NCBI GenBank assembly: GCA_046760105.1
Contig: JBHIDJ010000005.1
Location: 4,557 to 68,556 of the forward strand
Length of the DNA stretch: 64,000 nucleotides
From: Acidiferrobacterales bacterium
Lineage (GTDB): Bacteria > Pseudomonadota > Gammaproteobacteria > Acidiferrobacterales > SPGG2
Direction of reading: 5' to 3'
This document shows positions 1 through 10,947 of the stretch, one piece after another. Under the pieces are notes generated by a model, which was given only the letters and a program-made list of their open reading frames with translations, did not search any database and was not told where the DNA came from. Position 1 is the stretch's first letter, and every line of letters starts with the position of its first letter. Position numbers and translations under genes: made by a program.

Positions 1-599
1 ACGAGTTCCTAAGAGGATTCTCATCCGCAAAGCGCAAAAAGGTGAAACAAGAACGGCGTTATGTGCGAGAGGCCGGTGTGACCATTGACTTCCTGGTTGG
101 CGACGCCGTTACACCGAAGCATTGGGATATCTTCTATCAATTCTACCTCTCGACTATCCAGAATTACGGTGCGATCCGCTATCTTTCGCGCGAGTTCTTT
201 TGCCAGCTCGGCGCGGCCATGGCCAAGGACGTCGTGCTCGTGTTGGCGCGTCAGGACGACAGCTACATCGCCGGTGCCCTCAATTTACGCGGTGTCGATA
301 CTCTATATGGCCGTTACTGGGGAAACCATAAGTATATCAAGGGTTTGCACTTCGAGGTCTGCTATTATTCAGCAATGGAGTATTGCATTGAGCACGGCAT
401 TAAGCGCTTTGAGGCAGGCGCCCAAGGGGAACACAAAATCGCGCGCGGCTTTGTGCCGACCACGACCTACTCCGCGCACTGGCTAAGTCATCCGCAATTC
501 GGTCGCGCGGTGGCTGACTTCCTGGCACACGAACGAGATGGAATAAAATACTATATCGATGAGCTGAACGAACATTCGCCCTTTAAACAACATGGCTAA
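1..599 (+). CDS. COG3146/DUF482 FemAB-like GNAT N-acetyltransferase, 5' end outside window
   Basis: Frame 3 is open from the window edge to the stop at 599. The translation (..LYGRYWG..LHFEVCYYSAMEYCIEHGIKRFEAGAQGEHKIARGF..) matches the conserved C-terminal core of this family as I remember it. Confidence 0.65.
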   Translation, partial: EFLRGFSSAKRKKVKQERRYVREAGVTIDFLVGDAVTPKHWDIFYQFYLSTIQNYGAIRYLSREFFCQLGAAMAKDVVLVLARQDDSYIAGALNLRGVDTLYGRYWGNHKYIKGLHFEVCYYSAMEYCIEHGIKRFEAGAQGEHKIARGFVPTTTYSAHWLSHPQFGRAVADFLAHERDGIKYYIDELNEHSPFKQHG

Positions 600-678
600 G
601 TACGTAACTGCGTTTTGCTTAAGTTTAATCGGGCCGCTTCGCATTCGCGGTCCTATCACAACCGAGTGACGGCCTGGC

Positions 679-1401
679 ATGTTTATACTCCCGTCTGATT
701 CAGATGATTTGCGCTTCCCGCCAGTCGAGTTGGCATCACCTGAAGGGTTGCTGGCCATTGGTGGCGACCTCCGCCGTGAGCGTTTACTCCAGGCCTACCG
801 GCACGGGATCTTCCCTTGGTATAACGAGGGACAACCGATCTTGTGGTGGTCGCCGGACCCGCGGGCGATCCTTCTGCCCTCGGAACTCAAGGTTTCACGC
901 AGCCTCAAAAAAACATTACGCAAGGGCGATTATCGCGTTACCTTCGATACAGAGTTCGCAGCCGTCATCCGGGCGTGCGCGGAGCCGCGTGAGCAAAGCC
1001 CGGAAGGCGGTACCTGGATCACGCCGGAAATGAACGAGGCCTACTGTCACCTGCATGAGCAGGGATATGCGCACTCGGTCGAGACATGGGCCCGCGGGCA
1101 ACTGATCGGGGGGCTTTACGGTGTCGCTTTGGGCGCGGCCTTCTTTGGCGAATCGATGTTCAGCCGCCGAGTTGACGCCTCCAAAGTTGCGTTCGTTTAC
1201 CTCGTGAAGCAACTCGATGCCTGGGGGTACGACTTCATTGACTGCCAGTTGCCGTCCGCACACCTGACGAGCCTCGGGACGAAGGAAATCCGGCGCCGAG
1301 ACTTTCTGCAAATGCTCGATCGTGCGCTGTCCCGACCTGGTCGGCCAGGTCCATGGGACCTTGCGCCTGACATTGAGGTCACTCTAGCCGGAGAAACGTG
1401 A
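679..1401 (+). CDS. aat: leucyl/phenylalanyl-tRNA--protein transferase
   Basis: 240 aa with [18 protein letters not shown] and GESMFS motifs typical of Aat. Adjacent to bpt and close to clpS/clpA (N-degron pathway context). Confidence 0.9.
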   Translation: MFILPSDSDDLRFPPVELASPEGLLAIGGDLRRERLLQAYRHGIFPWYNEGQPILWWSPDPRAILLPSELKVSRSLKKTLRKGDYRVTFDTEFAAVIRACAEPREQSPEGGTWITPEMNEAYCHLHEQGYAHSVETWARGQLIGGLYGVALGAAFFGESMFSRRVDASKVAFVYLVKQLDAWGYDFIDCQLPSAHLTSLGTKEIRRRDFLQMLDRALSRPGRPGPWDLAPDIEVTLAGET

Positions 1402-1405
1402 TCAT

Positions 1406-2131
1406 ATGACGATTCGTTTGAAAGAACCGGCACTGTTTACCTCAATTCCCCACCCCTGCAGCTATCTGCCTGGGCGTGTGGCGACGACCCTATTTATCGA
1501 CCCACAACAGCGCCTTAATGGGCCGGTTTTCGCACATTTCGCCCGCCACGGGTTTCGACGCAGCGGCGATTTCGTGTACCGTCCATGTTGCCAAGACTGT
1601 TCCGCTTGCGTACCGGTGCGTATCCCGGTAGACGCGTTTACAGCCAGTCGCTCACAAAGGCGCACATGCAATAAGAACCGAGATCTGACCGTACGGCGGA
1701 GCACCGCCGCATTCAAGGCGGAGCATTTCGAGTTGTACCTGCGCTACCAACGTTCGCGCCACGCGGGCGGCGGCATGGATGAGCGTGACCCGGACAAGTA
1801 CCTCAAGTTCTTAGTCACCCGGCACGTGCAGACGCAATTCTACGAGTTGCGGCTTGGCGAACGATTGGTCGCGGTGACCGTGGCCGATGTGCTTCCGGAC
1901 GCACTCTCGGCTGTCTATACGTTTTTCGATCCGCAAGAAAGCCGGCGCAGTCTCGGTGTGTTTGCAATTCTCTTGCAGATTCAAGAAGCGCAGTGGTTGG
2001 GGCTGCCGTGGTTGTACTTGGGGTACTGGATCAAGGAAAGTCGCAAAATGAACTACAAGTGCAACTTCCGCCCGCTCGAGGCCTACCGCAACGGGCGCTG
2101 GTCGTTGCTTGAAGAGTCCGCGCTTACTTGA
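1406..2131 (+). CDS. bpt: arginyl/aspartate-glutamate leucyl-tRNA--protein transferase (Bpt/Ate family)
   Basis: 241 aa with a Cys-rich N-terminus (CSYLPGR..CCQDCSACVPVR) and a YLGYWI motif. Starts 4 nt after the aat stop. Confidence 0.88.
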   Translation: MTIRLKEPALFTSIPHPCSYLPGRVATTLFIDPQQRLNGPVFAHFARHGFRRSGDFVYRPCCQDCSACVPVRIPVDAFTASRSQRRTCNKNRDLTVRRSTAAFKAEHFELYLRYQRSRHAGGGMDERDPDKYLKFLVTRHVQTQFYELRLGERLVAVTVADVLPDALSAVYTFFDPQESRRSLGVFAILLQIQEAQWLGLPWLYLGYWIKESRKMNYKCNFRPLEAYRNGRWSLLEESALT

Positions 2132-2243
2132 GAAAGCTGGCCAGCGCTTTACGGCCAGAGACGTATGCGGCATCATACGCCGCCAAGTTTGATGCGAAGA
2201 TACCGCATTAGACGCGACTGGATCTGTTAAGCAGAGACAAATA

Positions 2244-2462
2244 GTGGCCAAAGAAGAACATATCGAAATGGAAGGAACCATTATCGAGACCCTTCCAAAT
2301 ACGTTGTTCCGGGTCAAGCTGGAAAACGGACACGTCATCACTGCGCACATCTCTGGAAAGATGCGAAAACACTATATCCGCATCCTTACGGGTGACCGCG
2401 TGACGGTACAGTTGACCCCCTATGACCTCAGCAAGGGGCGCATCGTCTACCGCGTACGATAA
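2244..2462 (+). CDS. infA: translation initiation factor IF-1
   Basis: 72 aa, [70 protein letters not shown]. This is the canonical IF-1 S1/OB sequence. Confidence 0.97.
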   Translation: MAKEEHIEMEGTIIETLPNTLFRVKLENGHVITAHISGKMRKHYIRILTGDRVTVQLTPYDLSKGRIVYRVR

Positions 2463-2553
2463 CGACAGCGGCTAGCGGCACACCCAAATAGAGACAGGCC
2501 AGTCCCATCGGGAAAGGCTCACCCTGCTGAGTCGTTCGATCCCTGTCGGAGGT

Positions 2554-4806
2554 TTAGCTGGGGTTCTGAATATCGAAGATGAGCTCGCCCTTCTTCGCCG
2601 ACACCTTCACGTGCCCGCCATGAGCGAGCCTGCCAAACAGGAGCTCGTCGGCCAGGGGTTTCTTGATCCTCTCCTGGATGAGGCGTGCCATCGGGCGAGC
2701 GCCCATGACCGGGTCGTGTCCATGCGTAGCGAGCCATTTGCGCGCGGCGGCCTCCAGTTCAATGGTAACGTGTCTGTCGGCTAGCTGCGCTTCCAGTTCC
2801 AGTATGAATTTGTCGACCACGTGCCCGATGGTTTCCTCATCTAACGACTTGAAGTGAATGATCGCATCCAGGCGGTTGCGAAACTCAGGGTTGAACATGC
2901 GGTTGATATCTTGCATCTCGTCACCGCTGTGATCCTGGCGCGTAAAGCCCATACTGGCGCGGCCCAGACGCTCGGCCCCGGCATTGGTCGTCATCACCAG
3001 AATCACATTGCGGAAATCCGATTTGCGACCGTTGTTGTCGGTCAGCGTACCGTGGTCCATCACCTGCAGTAACAGATTAAACACATCCGGGTGCGCTTTC
3101 TCGATCTCGTCCAGGAGCAGCACTGCGTGCGGGTGTTTGTTGACGGCCTCGGTCAAGAGCCCCCCCTGGTCGAAACCGACATAGCCAGGGGGTGCGCCGA
3201 TCAGGCGTGAAACCGTATGTCGTTCCATATACTCCGACATATCAAAGCGGATCAACTCGACACCCATGACTTGTGCGAGTTGCCGCGTGACCTCGGTCTT
3301 ACCGACACCTGTGGGGCCCGAGAACAGATAATTACCAACCGGCTTTTCCGGCTGCCCAAGGCCCGTCCGTGAAAGCTTAATCGAGGTCGCCAATGCCTCA
3401 ATCGCTTCGTCCTGACCGAACACCACCATTTTCAGATCGCGTTCCAGATTACGCAGCGCGTCGCGATCCGACGTGGAAACGCTCTTTGGCGGAATGCGTG
3501 CCATCTTGGCAATGATGCTTTCGACGTCGTGAACACCGATGGTCTTCTTCCGTTTGCTTGCCGGCAACAGATGCAGGCTCGCACCGGCTTCATCAATCAC
3601 ATCGATCGCCTTGTCTGGCAGATACCGATCGTTAATGTAGCGGTGCGATAACTCCACGGCACTGCGCAAAGCCTGATGCGTATACTTCACCTGGTGATGT
3701 TCTTCGAACCGACTCTTGAGGCCACGCAGGATCTGCACCGTCTCGTCTATCGAGGGTTCGGTCACGTCGATCTTTTGAAAACGTCGGGACAGTGCGCGGT
3801 CCTTCTCGAATATATTGCGGTACTCGTTATACGTGGTAGAACCGATGCACTTGAGGTCTCCCGATTGCAGCACCGGCTTAAGCAGATTGGATGCATCCAT
3901 GGCACCACCCGAGGCCGCGCCGGCACCGATCACAGTATGGATCTCATCAATAAACAGGATGGCGTGCTGCTCCTTCTTGAGTTGCTGCAACACGGCCTTT
4001 AGGCGCTTCTCGAAATCCCCGCGGTACTTAGTCCCGGCCAGCAAGGCACCCATATCAAGCGCATAGATGTTACTCGCTTCCAATACTTCAGGAACTTCGC
4101 TATCGACGATCTTCTTCGCGAGGCCTTCGGCGATCGCGGTCTTGCCGACGCCCGATTCACCTACGTATAACGGATTGTTCTTGCGCCGCCGGCACAAGAC
4201 CTGGATCGTGCGCTCGACTTCCTTCTCGCGTCCGATCAACGGATCAATCTTACCCTGGCGCGCCTGTTCATTGAGGTGGACCGCAAAAACGTCCAGCGGG
4301 CTGCGTTCGGGCGCCGGTGTCCCATCGTCGGGCTCCTCCGCAGATGGAAGTTCCCCCTGACCTTCCTCCGGCACCTTGGAGATGCCGTGGGAGATATAGT
4401 TCACGACATCAAAGCGCGTGATATTCTGCTTATAAAGGAAGTAAACAGCATGCGACTCTTTCTCCGCCAGTATCGCGACCAAGACATTGGCTCCGGTCAC
4501 CTCTCTCTTACCAGCCCCCTGCACATGCAACACCGCCCGCTGAATCACTCGTTGAAAACCAAGCGTCGGATGGGTGTCGATCTCGCTGCCCGCCGGTAGC
4601 GTCGGCACGTTTTCTTCAAGAAACTCGTTGAGATTTCGGCGCAGCTCGCCGATGTCACCGCCACAGGCACGCAGCACCCGCGCCGCTGTTGGATTGTCCA
4701 ACAGGGCGTTGAGCAAATGCTCCACTGTTATGTATTCGTGCCGTTTCTCGCGTGCGCCCTGGAAAGCGGCGTTCAGCGAGGTCTCTAACTCCGACGATAA
4801 CATCAA
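2554..4806 (-). CDS. clpA: ATP-dependent Clp protease ATP-binding subunit ClpA
   Basis: 750 aa with a Clp N-domain and two AAA+ modules (Walker A GESGVGKT and GPTGVGKT). Lies directly downstream of clpS. Confidence 0.96.
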   Translation of the reverse strand: MMLSSELETSLNAAFQGAREKRHEYITVEHLLNALLDNPTAARVLRACGGDIGELRRNLNEFLEENVPTLPAGSEIDTHPTLGFQRVIQRAVLHVQGAGKREVTGANVLVAILAEKESHAVYFLYKQNITRFDVVNYISHGISKVPEEGQGELPSAEEPDDGTPAPERSPLDVFAVHLNEQARQGKIDPLIGREKEVERTIQVLCRRRKNNPLYVGESGVGKTAIAEGLAKKIVDSEVPEVLEASNIYALDMGALLAGTKYRGDFEKRLKAVLQQLKKEQHAILFIDEIHTVIGAGAASGGAMDASNLLKPVLQSGDLKCIGSTTYNEYRNIFEKDRALSRRFQKIDVTEPSIDETVQILRGLKSRFEEHHQVKYTHQALRSAVELSHRYINDRYLPDKAIDVIDEAGASLHLLPASKRKKTIGVHDVESIIAKMARIPPKSVSTSDRDALRNLERDLKMVVFGQDEAIEALATSIKLSRTGLGQPEKPVGNYLFSGPTGVGKTEVTRQLAQVMGVELIRFDMSEYMERHTVSRLIGAPPGYVGFDQGGLLTEAVNKHPHAVLLLDEIEKAHPDVFNLLLQVMDHGTLTDNNGRKSDFRNVILVMTTNAGAERLGRASMGFTRQDHSGDEMQDINRMFNPEFRNRLDAIIHFKSLDEETIGHVVDKFILELEAQLADRHVTIELEAAARKWLATHGHDPVMGARPMARLIQERIKKPLADELLFGRLAHGGHVKVSAKKGELIFDIQNPS

Positions 4807-4825
4807 AAATCTCCGCGGTTGCTAC

Positions 4826-5143
4826 CTATGCAGGCTCCATGGTGCACTGCAACGGGTGCCGATTCTCGCGCGCACAGGTCATAACCTGCTTCACCTTCGT
4901 CTCCGCGATGTCGCGAGTGTACACGCCACACACGCCGATGCCCTTCTGGTGGACGTGCAACATAATTCGCGTCGCCTCCGTACGGGTCTTACGGAAAAAT
5001 CGCTCCAAGATCACCACCACGAACTCCATAGGAGTATAGTCATCATTCAGTAAGATAACTTTATATAGGTCCGGCTTTTTAAGCTTAGGTCTGGCTTCTT
5101 GGACGGGAAGACCGTCAAGGGGCTGCGGGTGTTTAACGCTCAT
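4826..5143 (-). CDS. clpS: ATP-dependent Clp protease adaptor ClpS
   Basis: 105 aa with the core [20 protein letters not shown]. Sits 19 nt upstream of clpA on the same strand. Confidence 0.95.
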   Translation of the reverse strand: MSVKHPQPLDGLPVQEARPKLKKPDLYKVILLNDDYTPMEFVVVILERFFRKTRTEATRIMLHVHQKGIGVCGVYTRDIAETKVKQVMTCARENRHPLQCTMEPA

Positions 5144-5413
5144 GGTCGTAAGAATACTCGATTTTGCTTGCCTTCCGAATCGCTCATTTTGCGGCCCACA
5201 GATAAAATTTCAACCCTAAAATTATGGCATGAATTTTGAGACTCTACGCTCGCCCTGATATGCTTTTTTGGGCTAATTTCCATTCAGATGACTTGACTTA
5301 GATAAAAAAAGAAGGATCATGATTGTACCCGCGTGGTAACGAAATCGCGGGATTCATATAACCAACGTGCGGTAGAGCCAGTGTCGCACGCTAGCAGTAC
5401 TAGGGGGATGGGT

Positions 5414-5623
5414 ATGGCAACAGGAACTGTAAAGTGGTTCAACGCCAGCAAAGGGTATGGATTTATTATTCCCAACGATGGCGGCTCCGATGTTTTTGCG
5501 CATTTCTCGGCTATTCAAATGGAAGGCTATAAATCCCTGAAGCAGGGACAACAGGTGGAGTATGATGTTCAGGACGGCCCTAAGGGCCCACAAGCTTCGA
5601 ACATTCGGACCGTTTCCGAGTAG
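5414..5623 (+). CDS. cspD: cold-shock domain protein, CspD-like
   Basis: [46 protein letters not shown] matches the CSD with RNP motifs, and IQM(D/E)GY(R/K)(T/S)LK is CspD-like. Start trimmed from 5333 to the ATG at 5414, which lies 6 nt after AGGGGG. Divergent from clpS, as in E. coli and Pseudomonas. Confidence 0.9.
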   Translation: MATGTVKWFNASKGYGFIIPNDGGSDVFAHFSAIQMEGYKSLKQGQQVEYDVQDGPKGPQASNIRTVSE

Positions 5624-5653
5624 GCATTACGCCGACCGGTTTTGTTTTTACAA

Positions 5654-5678
5654 GACCCGGCGTTAGCCGGGTTTTTTC
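5654..5678 (+). terminator. rho-independent terminator after cspD
   Basis: 7-bp stem acccggc / gccgggt with loop gtta, followed by a T6 run. About 30 nt after the cspD stop. Confidence 0.75.
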
Positions 5679-5726
5679 TGCACTAATACGGGGCGTATCG
5701 TCACCCGCCCGAGACATGTCCATCCT

Positions 5727-6869
5727 ATGAATGCAGCAGACACAAAGCACGTCTTCGTTGGACTATCCGGCGGCGTCGACTCTGCTGTGGCCGCGCTGCT
5801 GCTGCAGCGGCGGGGATATCGCGTCACCGCCTTGTTCATGAAGAATTGGGAAGAGGATGACGATAGGGATTATTGCGCCGCCGCTGAGGACTACAGGATC
5901 GCCAGCGGCGTCTGTGAGCGATTGGAGATTCCGCTCCTCGGCATCAACTTCTCCGCCGAGTACTGGGACCTTGTCTTTAGCCGCTTTCTCAGCGAGCTCG
6001 CGGCCGGACGCACGCCCAACCCGGATGTCCTATGCAACAGGGAAATCAAGTTCAGGGCCTTTTTGGACTACGCGCGGGCTAAGGGTGCAGACCTTATCGC
6101 CACTGGCCATTACGCGCGCGTCGCCCACGCCGATGGCCGTTACCAGTTGCTCAAGGGGTGCGACACCAACAAGGACCAAAGCTATTTTCTCTACACGCTC
6201 GGCCAACGCGAACTCGCGAGGATTGAATTCCCTCTTGGCGGTTTAGAGAAACTCCAGGTGCGCACGTTAGCACGTCAGGCCGGGCTGCCGAATTACGCAC
6301 GAAAAGACAGCACCGGGATCTGCTTTATCGGCGAGCGCCCGTTTAAGGCGTTCTTGCACCGCTACTTACCGCGTCGTCCGGGCGAGATCCGGGCGCTGAC
6401 GGGTGAAACCAAAGGCGAACACGATGGCGTCATGTATTACACCATCGGCCAACGCCACGGGCTGAGCATCGGTGGCCGCGGGGAACCGTGGTTTGTAGCT
6501 GACAAGGACCCAGCGCGAAACATCCTCTATGTGGTACAGGGACATAACCACCCGGCGCTTTTCAGCACGGCATTGGGGGCGGATAGCGTCCATTGGGTGG
6601 CCGGATCAGCTCCCGCGTTGCCGCTCGCCTGTCGTGCCAAGATCCGTTATCGTCAGACCGAAGCGGCCTGCCTGATCGAAAGAGGACCGGCGGACACTCT
6701 GCAACTCACCTTTTCGCATGCGCAACGCGCGGTCACGGCCGGTCAGTCAGTCGTGTTCTACCGCGGCGATGCGTGTCTAGGCGGCGGGATCATTACCCGT
6801 GCGTTCAGACATAAGGCAGCGCTGGGGGTGAGTAGCGCGCGCACAGCCGAACCGGCCGCTCAGTTTTAA
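5727..6869 (+). CDS. mnmA: tRNA 2-thiouridine(34) synthase
   Basis: 380 aa with the PP-loop GLSGGVDSAVAA, plus NPDVLCN and KDQSYFL motifs. Confidence 0.95.
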   Translation: MNAADTKHVFVGLSGGVDSAVAALLLQRRGYRVTALFMKNWEEDDDRDYCAAAEDYRIASGVCERLEIPLLGINFSAEYWDLVFSRFLSELAAGRTPNPDVLCNREIKFRAFLDYARAKGADLIATGHYARVAHADGRYQLLKGCDTNKDQSYFLYTLGQRELARIEFPLGGLEKLQVRTLARQAGLPNYARKDSTGICFIGERPFKAFLHRYLPRRPGEIRALTGETKGEHDGVMYYTIGQRHGLSIGGRGEPWFVADKDPARNILYVVQGHNHPALFSTALGADSVHWVAGSAPALPLACRAKIRYRQTEAACLIERGPADTLQLTFSHAQRAVTAGQSVVFYRGDACLGGGIITRAFRHKAALGVSSARTAEPAAQF

Positions 6870-6945
6870 AAACCAGGCCGATAATTGCACACGTCGTGGT
6901 AAGGGTACATCTCTCCCATTGGCAGGTGGCTGCAAGAACTGGTAA

Positions 6946-8550
<1,605 letters not shown>

Positions 8551-8571
8551 TCGGGGGGCTGCCCGTCTGCC

Positions 8572-8602
8572 AAAAAAACGCCCGTCATGGTTGGCAGGCG
8601 TT
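8572..8602 (-). terminator. probable rho-independent terminator of the 8618..9148 gene
   Basis: The minus-strand RNA AACGCCUG..CGGGCGUU forms a stem of about 8 bp followed by U7. Located 16 nt after the stop. Confidence 0.5.
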
Positions 8603-8617
8603 CACTGGTTTTAGCTA

Positions 8618-9148
8618 TCATCGCTTACGCCTGAGACTCGCCTTTTTTCTAACCCTCTTTTTGACACCTGTCTTGCGCGCAGGTGCTCGACGCACCACCT
8701 TCGTGCTGCTTTCCGTGTGCGGCCGCCGCGATGGTCGCGGACGCCGCCTTGCGCGAACCGAGGAACCGGTGGCCGAAGAGGCTGGCTTCTGGATCATCGA
8801 GAAGAACAATATCGCCGCGACCGACAAAGTGATAACCAGACTGAAAAAGGTCACCGGATTCTGTGGCATCCCATCGCTGAGAAACATGTGATAAGCCGCC
8901 ACCAGGCCGAGAAACGCCATAGCCGTAACCGAGGCGTAAACCAGTTCCTTTATCGGGTTCACGACTCCGATGATAAACAGGACAACAAACGCTAACATGG
9001 ACGCACCAAGCATTGAGTTCGCGACCGCGTCGTACGGTCCCGTGCTCAGTAGTGGGTGGACCTCGTTTTGCCCCATAAACAAGGCCAGCGCCCATAGCAA
9101 GAACAGAACTGCTGCAATCAACAGGTTCACTTGAATATGCACCTTCAT
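8618..9148 (-). CDS. hypothetical membrane protein with a polybasic C-terminal tail
   Basis: 176 aa with four hydrophobic segments. The last ~45 aa are Arg/Lys/Pro-rich (RARRRPRPSRRP..KKRVRKKASLRRKR). No family recognised. Confidence 0.6.
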   Translation of the reverse strand: MKVHIQVNLLIAAVLFLLWALALFMGQNEVHPLLSTGPYDAVANSMLGASMLAFVVLFIIGVVNPIKELVYASVTAMAFLGLVAAYHMFLSDGMPQNPVTFFSLVITLSVAAILFFSMIQKPASSATGSSVRARRRPRPSRRPHTESSTKVVRRAPARKTGVKKRVRKKASLRRKR

Positions 9149-9253
9149 TTACCGTATCTCCTGGTTGTTAGCGCGAATCCCTAGCTATACTTATTAGTAC
9201 AACAAATATACAGACACAATCCACCTGACAATAGACTTCGCGTGGAGAATGTA

Positions 9254-9766
9254 ATGGCAACCGGCGAACGAGCATCAACCGGAAAGCGCGATCAACACTT
9301 GCGTATCCATGGCCGTGGTGAGGCTCAGGAGATTATCGCCGGCATGCTGGCGCAAGCGCGACACAAGGTCTCCATATTTTCGCCGACGCTCGATGGTTAT
9401 CTCTTTAACACCGCACCTATTGCTAAGGCGTTGGCCAGCTTCGCCGCCGCCCACCGCAAGAACCTGGTGCGTTTTCTGATCGAAGACGTCGACCAGTCGC
9501 TGCACCATAATGCCCGCATAGTCGAGTTATGTCGGCGACTGAGCGACTTCATCAAGATACGTGCAGTAGATGAGGACCATGCTGGCCTACAGGAGATGTT
9601 CCTGATCATCGACGACAATGCGTACCTGCACCAGCCGGATACGCAGAAACAGGACTACATTGCGGGCTTCGAGGGCACGCGTAAGGCCAAGCATTTCGCA
9701 AATCAACATGAGCATATGTGGGAATGCAGTCTAGCGATAACCGCGATCCATAAACTGGGGCTTTGA
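9254..9766 (+). CDS. conserved hypothetical protein (possibly a degenerate PLD-like fold)
   Basis: ATG at 9254 lies 6 nt after GGAG (the ORF-track GTG is at 9242). 170 aa, soluble, no catalytic HKD motif seen. Its stop overlaps the next ORF. Confidence 0.55.
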   Translation: MATGERASTGKRDQHLRIHGRGEAQEIIAGMLAQARHKVSIFSPTLDGYLFNTAPIAKALASFAAAHRKNLVRFLIEDVDQSLHHNARIVELCRRLSDFIKIRAVDEDHAGLQEMFLIIDDNAYLHQPDTQKQDYIAGFEGTRKAKHFANQHEHMWECSLAITAIHKLGL

Positions 9767-9783
9767 GATATTCCGGTTTGGCT

Positions 9784-10263
9784 ATGCGGCTGGGGAAACT
9801 CAACATCGGACGCTGCTTGGCGCTCGCCGTTGCGCTCTTATGGGGATGTACACACCAACCGGTTCAGGGTCCGTCAGCACCGTCTGACGCGGGCTTCTTG
9901 GCAGCACGCTATGCGATTACCATGGTGGGAACTCCTTACCGCTACGGCGGCAACACGCCCGGGGGGTTCGACTGCAGCGGGCTCGTGCACTACAGCTACG
10001 CGCGCGCCGGCTTCACTGTACCGCGCACTACCCGCCAACAGCGCAAATACTCCCGGCGGGTAGTTCGGAACGAACTCAGGCCTGGCGACCTGCTCTTCTT
10101 CAATCAAAACGGCAAACACGCATCACACGTGGGACTCTACATCGGTGATAGCCGGTTCGTGCACGCGCCGTCATCCGGGAAACATGTGTACGTCTCTATG
10201 ATCACCAGCCGTTACTGGCGCCGCCACTTCACGGAAGCCAGACGCTTCCATCTCGAGCGGTAA
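9784..10263 (+). CDS. NlpC/P60 (C40) peptidoglycan endopeptidase lipoprotein
   Basis: GTPYRYGG..GFDCSGLV..GDLLFF..HVGLYIG..FVHAP motifs. The ATG at 9784 gives the lipoprotein signal MRLGKLNIGRCLALAVALLWG-C. Confidence 0.88.
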   Translation: MRLGKLNIGRCLALAVALLWGCTHQPVQGPSAPSDAGFLAARYAITMVGTPYRYGGNTPGGFDCSGLVHYSYARAGFTVPRTTRQQRKYSRRVVRNELRPGDLLFFNQNGKHASHVGLYIGDSRFVHAPSSGKHVYVSMITSRYWRRHFTEARRFHLER

Positions 10264-10274
10264 CGTGCACTGTA

Positions 10275-10633
10275 GCCGCAAACATTCGCATCGGTCAGTC
10301 CATTCCGTACGTACAACCGTTTCTCGTCTTATCGCACAAGCACCTTGGTCTCCAGGCGAACGTCGCTTATCAGAACGTGACGACTGGTTTCGAGGTACTA
10401 CCGCACCTGTGCGGGGAGCAAGTGGAAATTGAGATCACGCCAAAGTTGTCGTTCCATACGGGACATGTGATTCAGCCAGTCAGGTTTCATGAACTGCACC
10501 ACGGTGCTCGTCGACATCGGCAGGTGACCTGAGGAGCGTGCTTGTAACCAAAAACGCGGTTACGCACGCCATCCTGATCAATGGCGCCACCTTGGCAAGT
10601 GAGGCCTACTCCATTATGTTGAAGGTGGAATAG
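10275..10633 (+). pseudogene. frameshifted, 5'-truncated remnant of a secretin-domain protein
   Basis: One frame reads NIRIGQSIPYVQ..VAYQNVTTGFEVLPHL.GEQVEIEITPKLS..FHELH. After shifts it continues TVLVDIG.. and ..EAYSIMLKVE*. This resembles the secretin C-domain pattern (i.vG...Py / v.Y.dvG..L.VtP.i.....v.L.i.P.vS / R.l.TtV.v.dG). There is no start codon, no N-terminal half, and at least two frame breaks. Confidence 0.4.
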
Positions 10634-10947
10634 CCGAACGCAACCACGCACCGACAGTACCCCAAGCCTTACCGAAAGCAAGTCGAGACCGCACGCAACC
10701 GCGCTACGGATACGCCGCGCCGCGTGCGGACACTTCGCTCCAGTGGGTAAGACCTGTCATTGGTGCCGATGCTGCGCAAACCCACGCGACAGGACGATAA
10801 CTATTTACCGTCCACCGACTTGCTTGCCAATAGCTCATGCCGCAAGGTTATTGTTTCGAGAATGACATACGACACTGTTGCGCCGACGGGTCCATCAAAC
10901 AAAGCTTCAAAGTTGCAACCCAAGATTAAAACGCGTAGCCTATCGAC

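Noticed and set aside
10634-10947. Possible sucA-associated leader RNA motif upstream of sucA.
   Set aside because: I cannot reproduce the published sucA/sucA-II consensus from memory and saw no obvious conserved hairpin. It needs an Rfam/Infernal scan before any claim.
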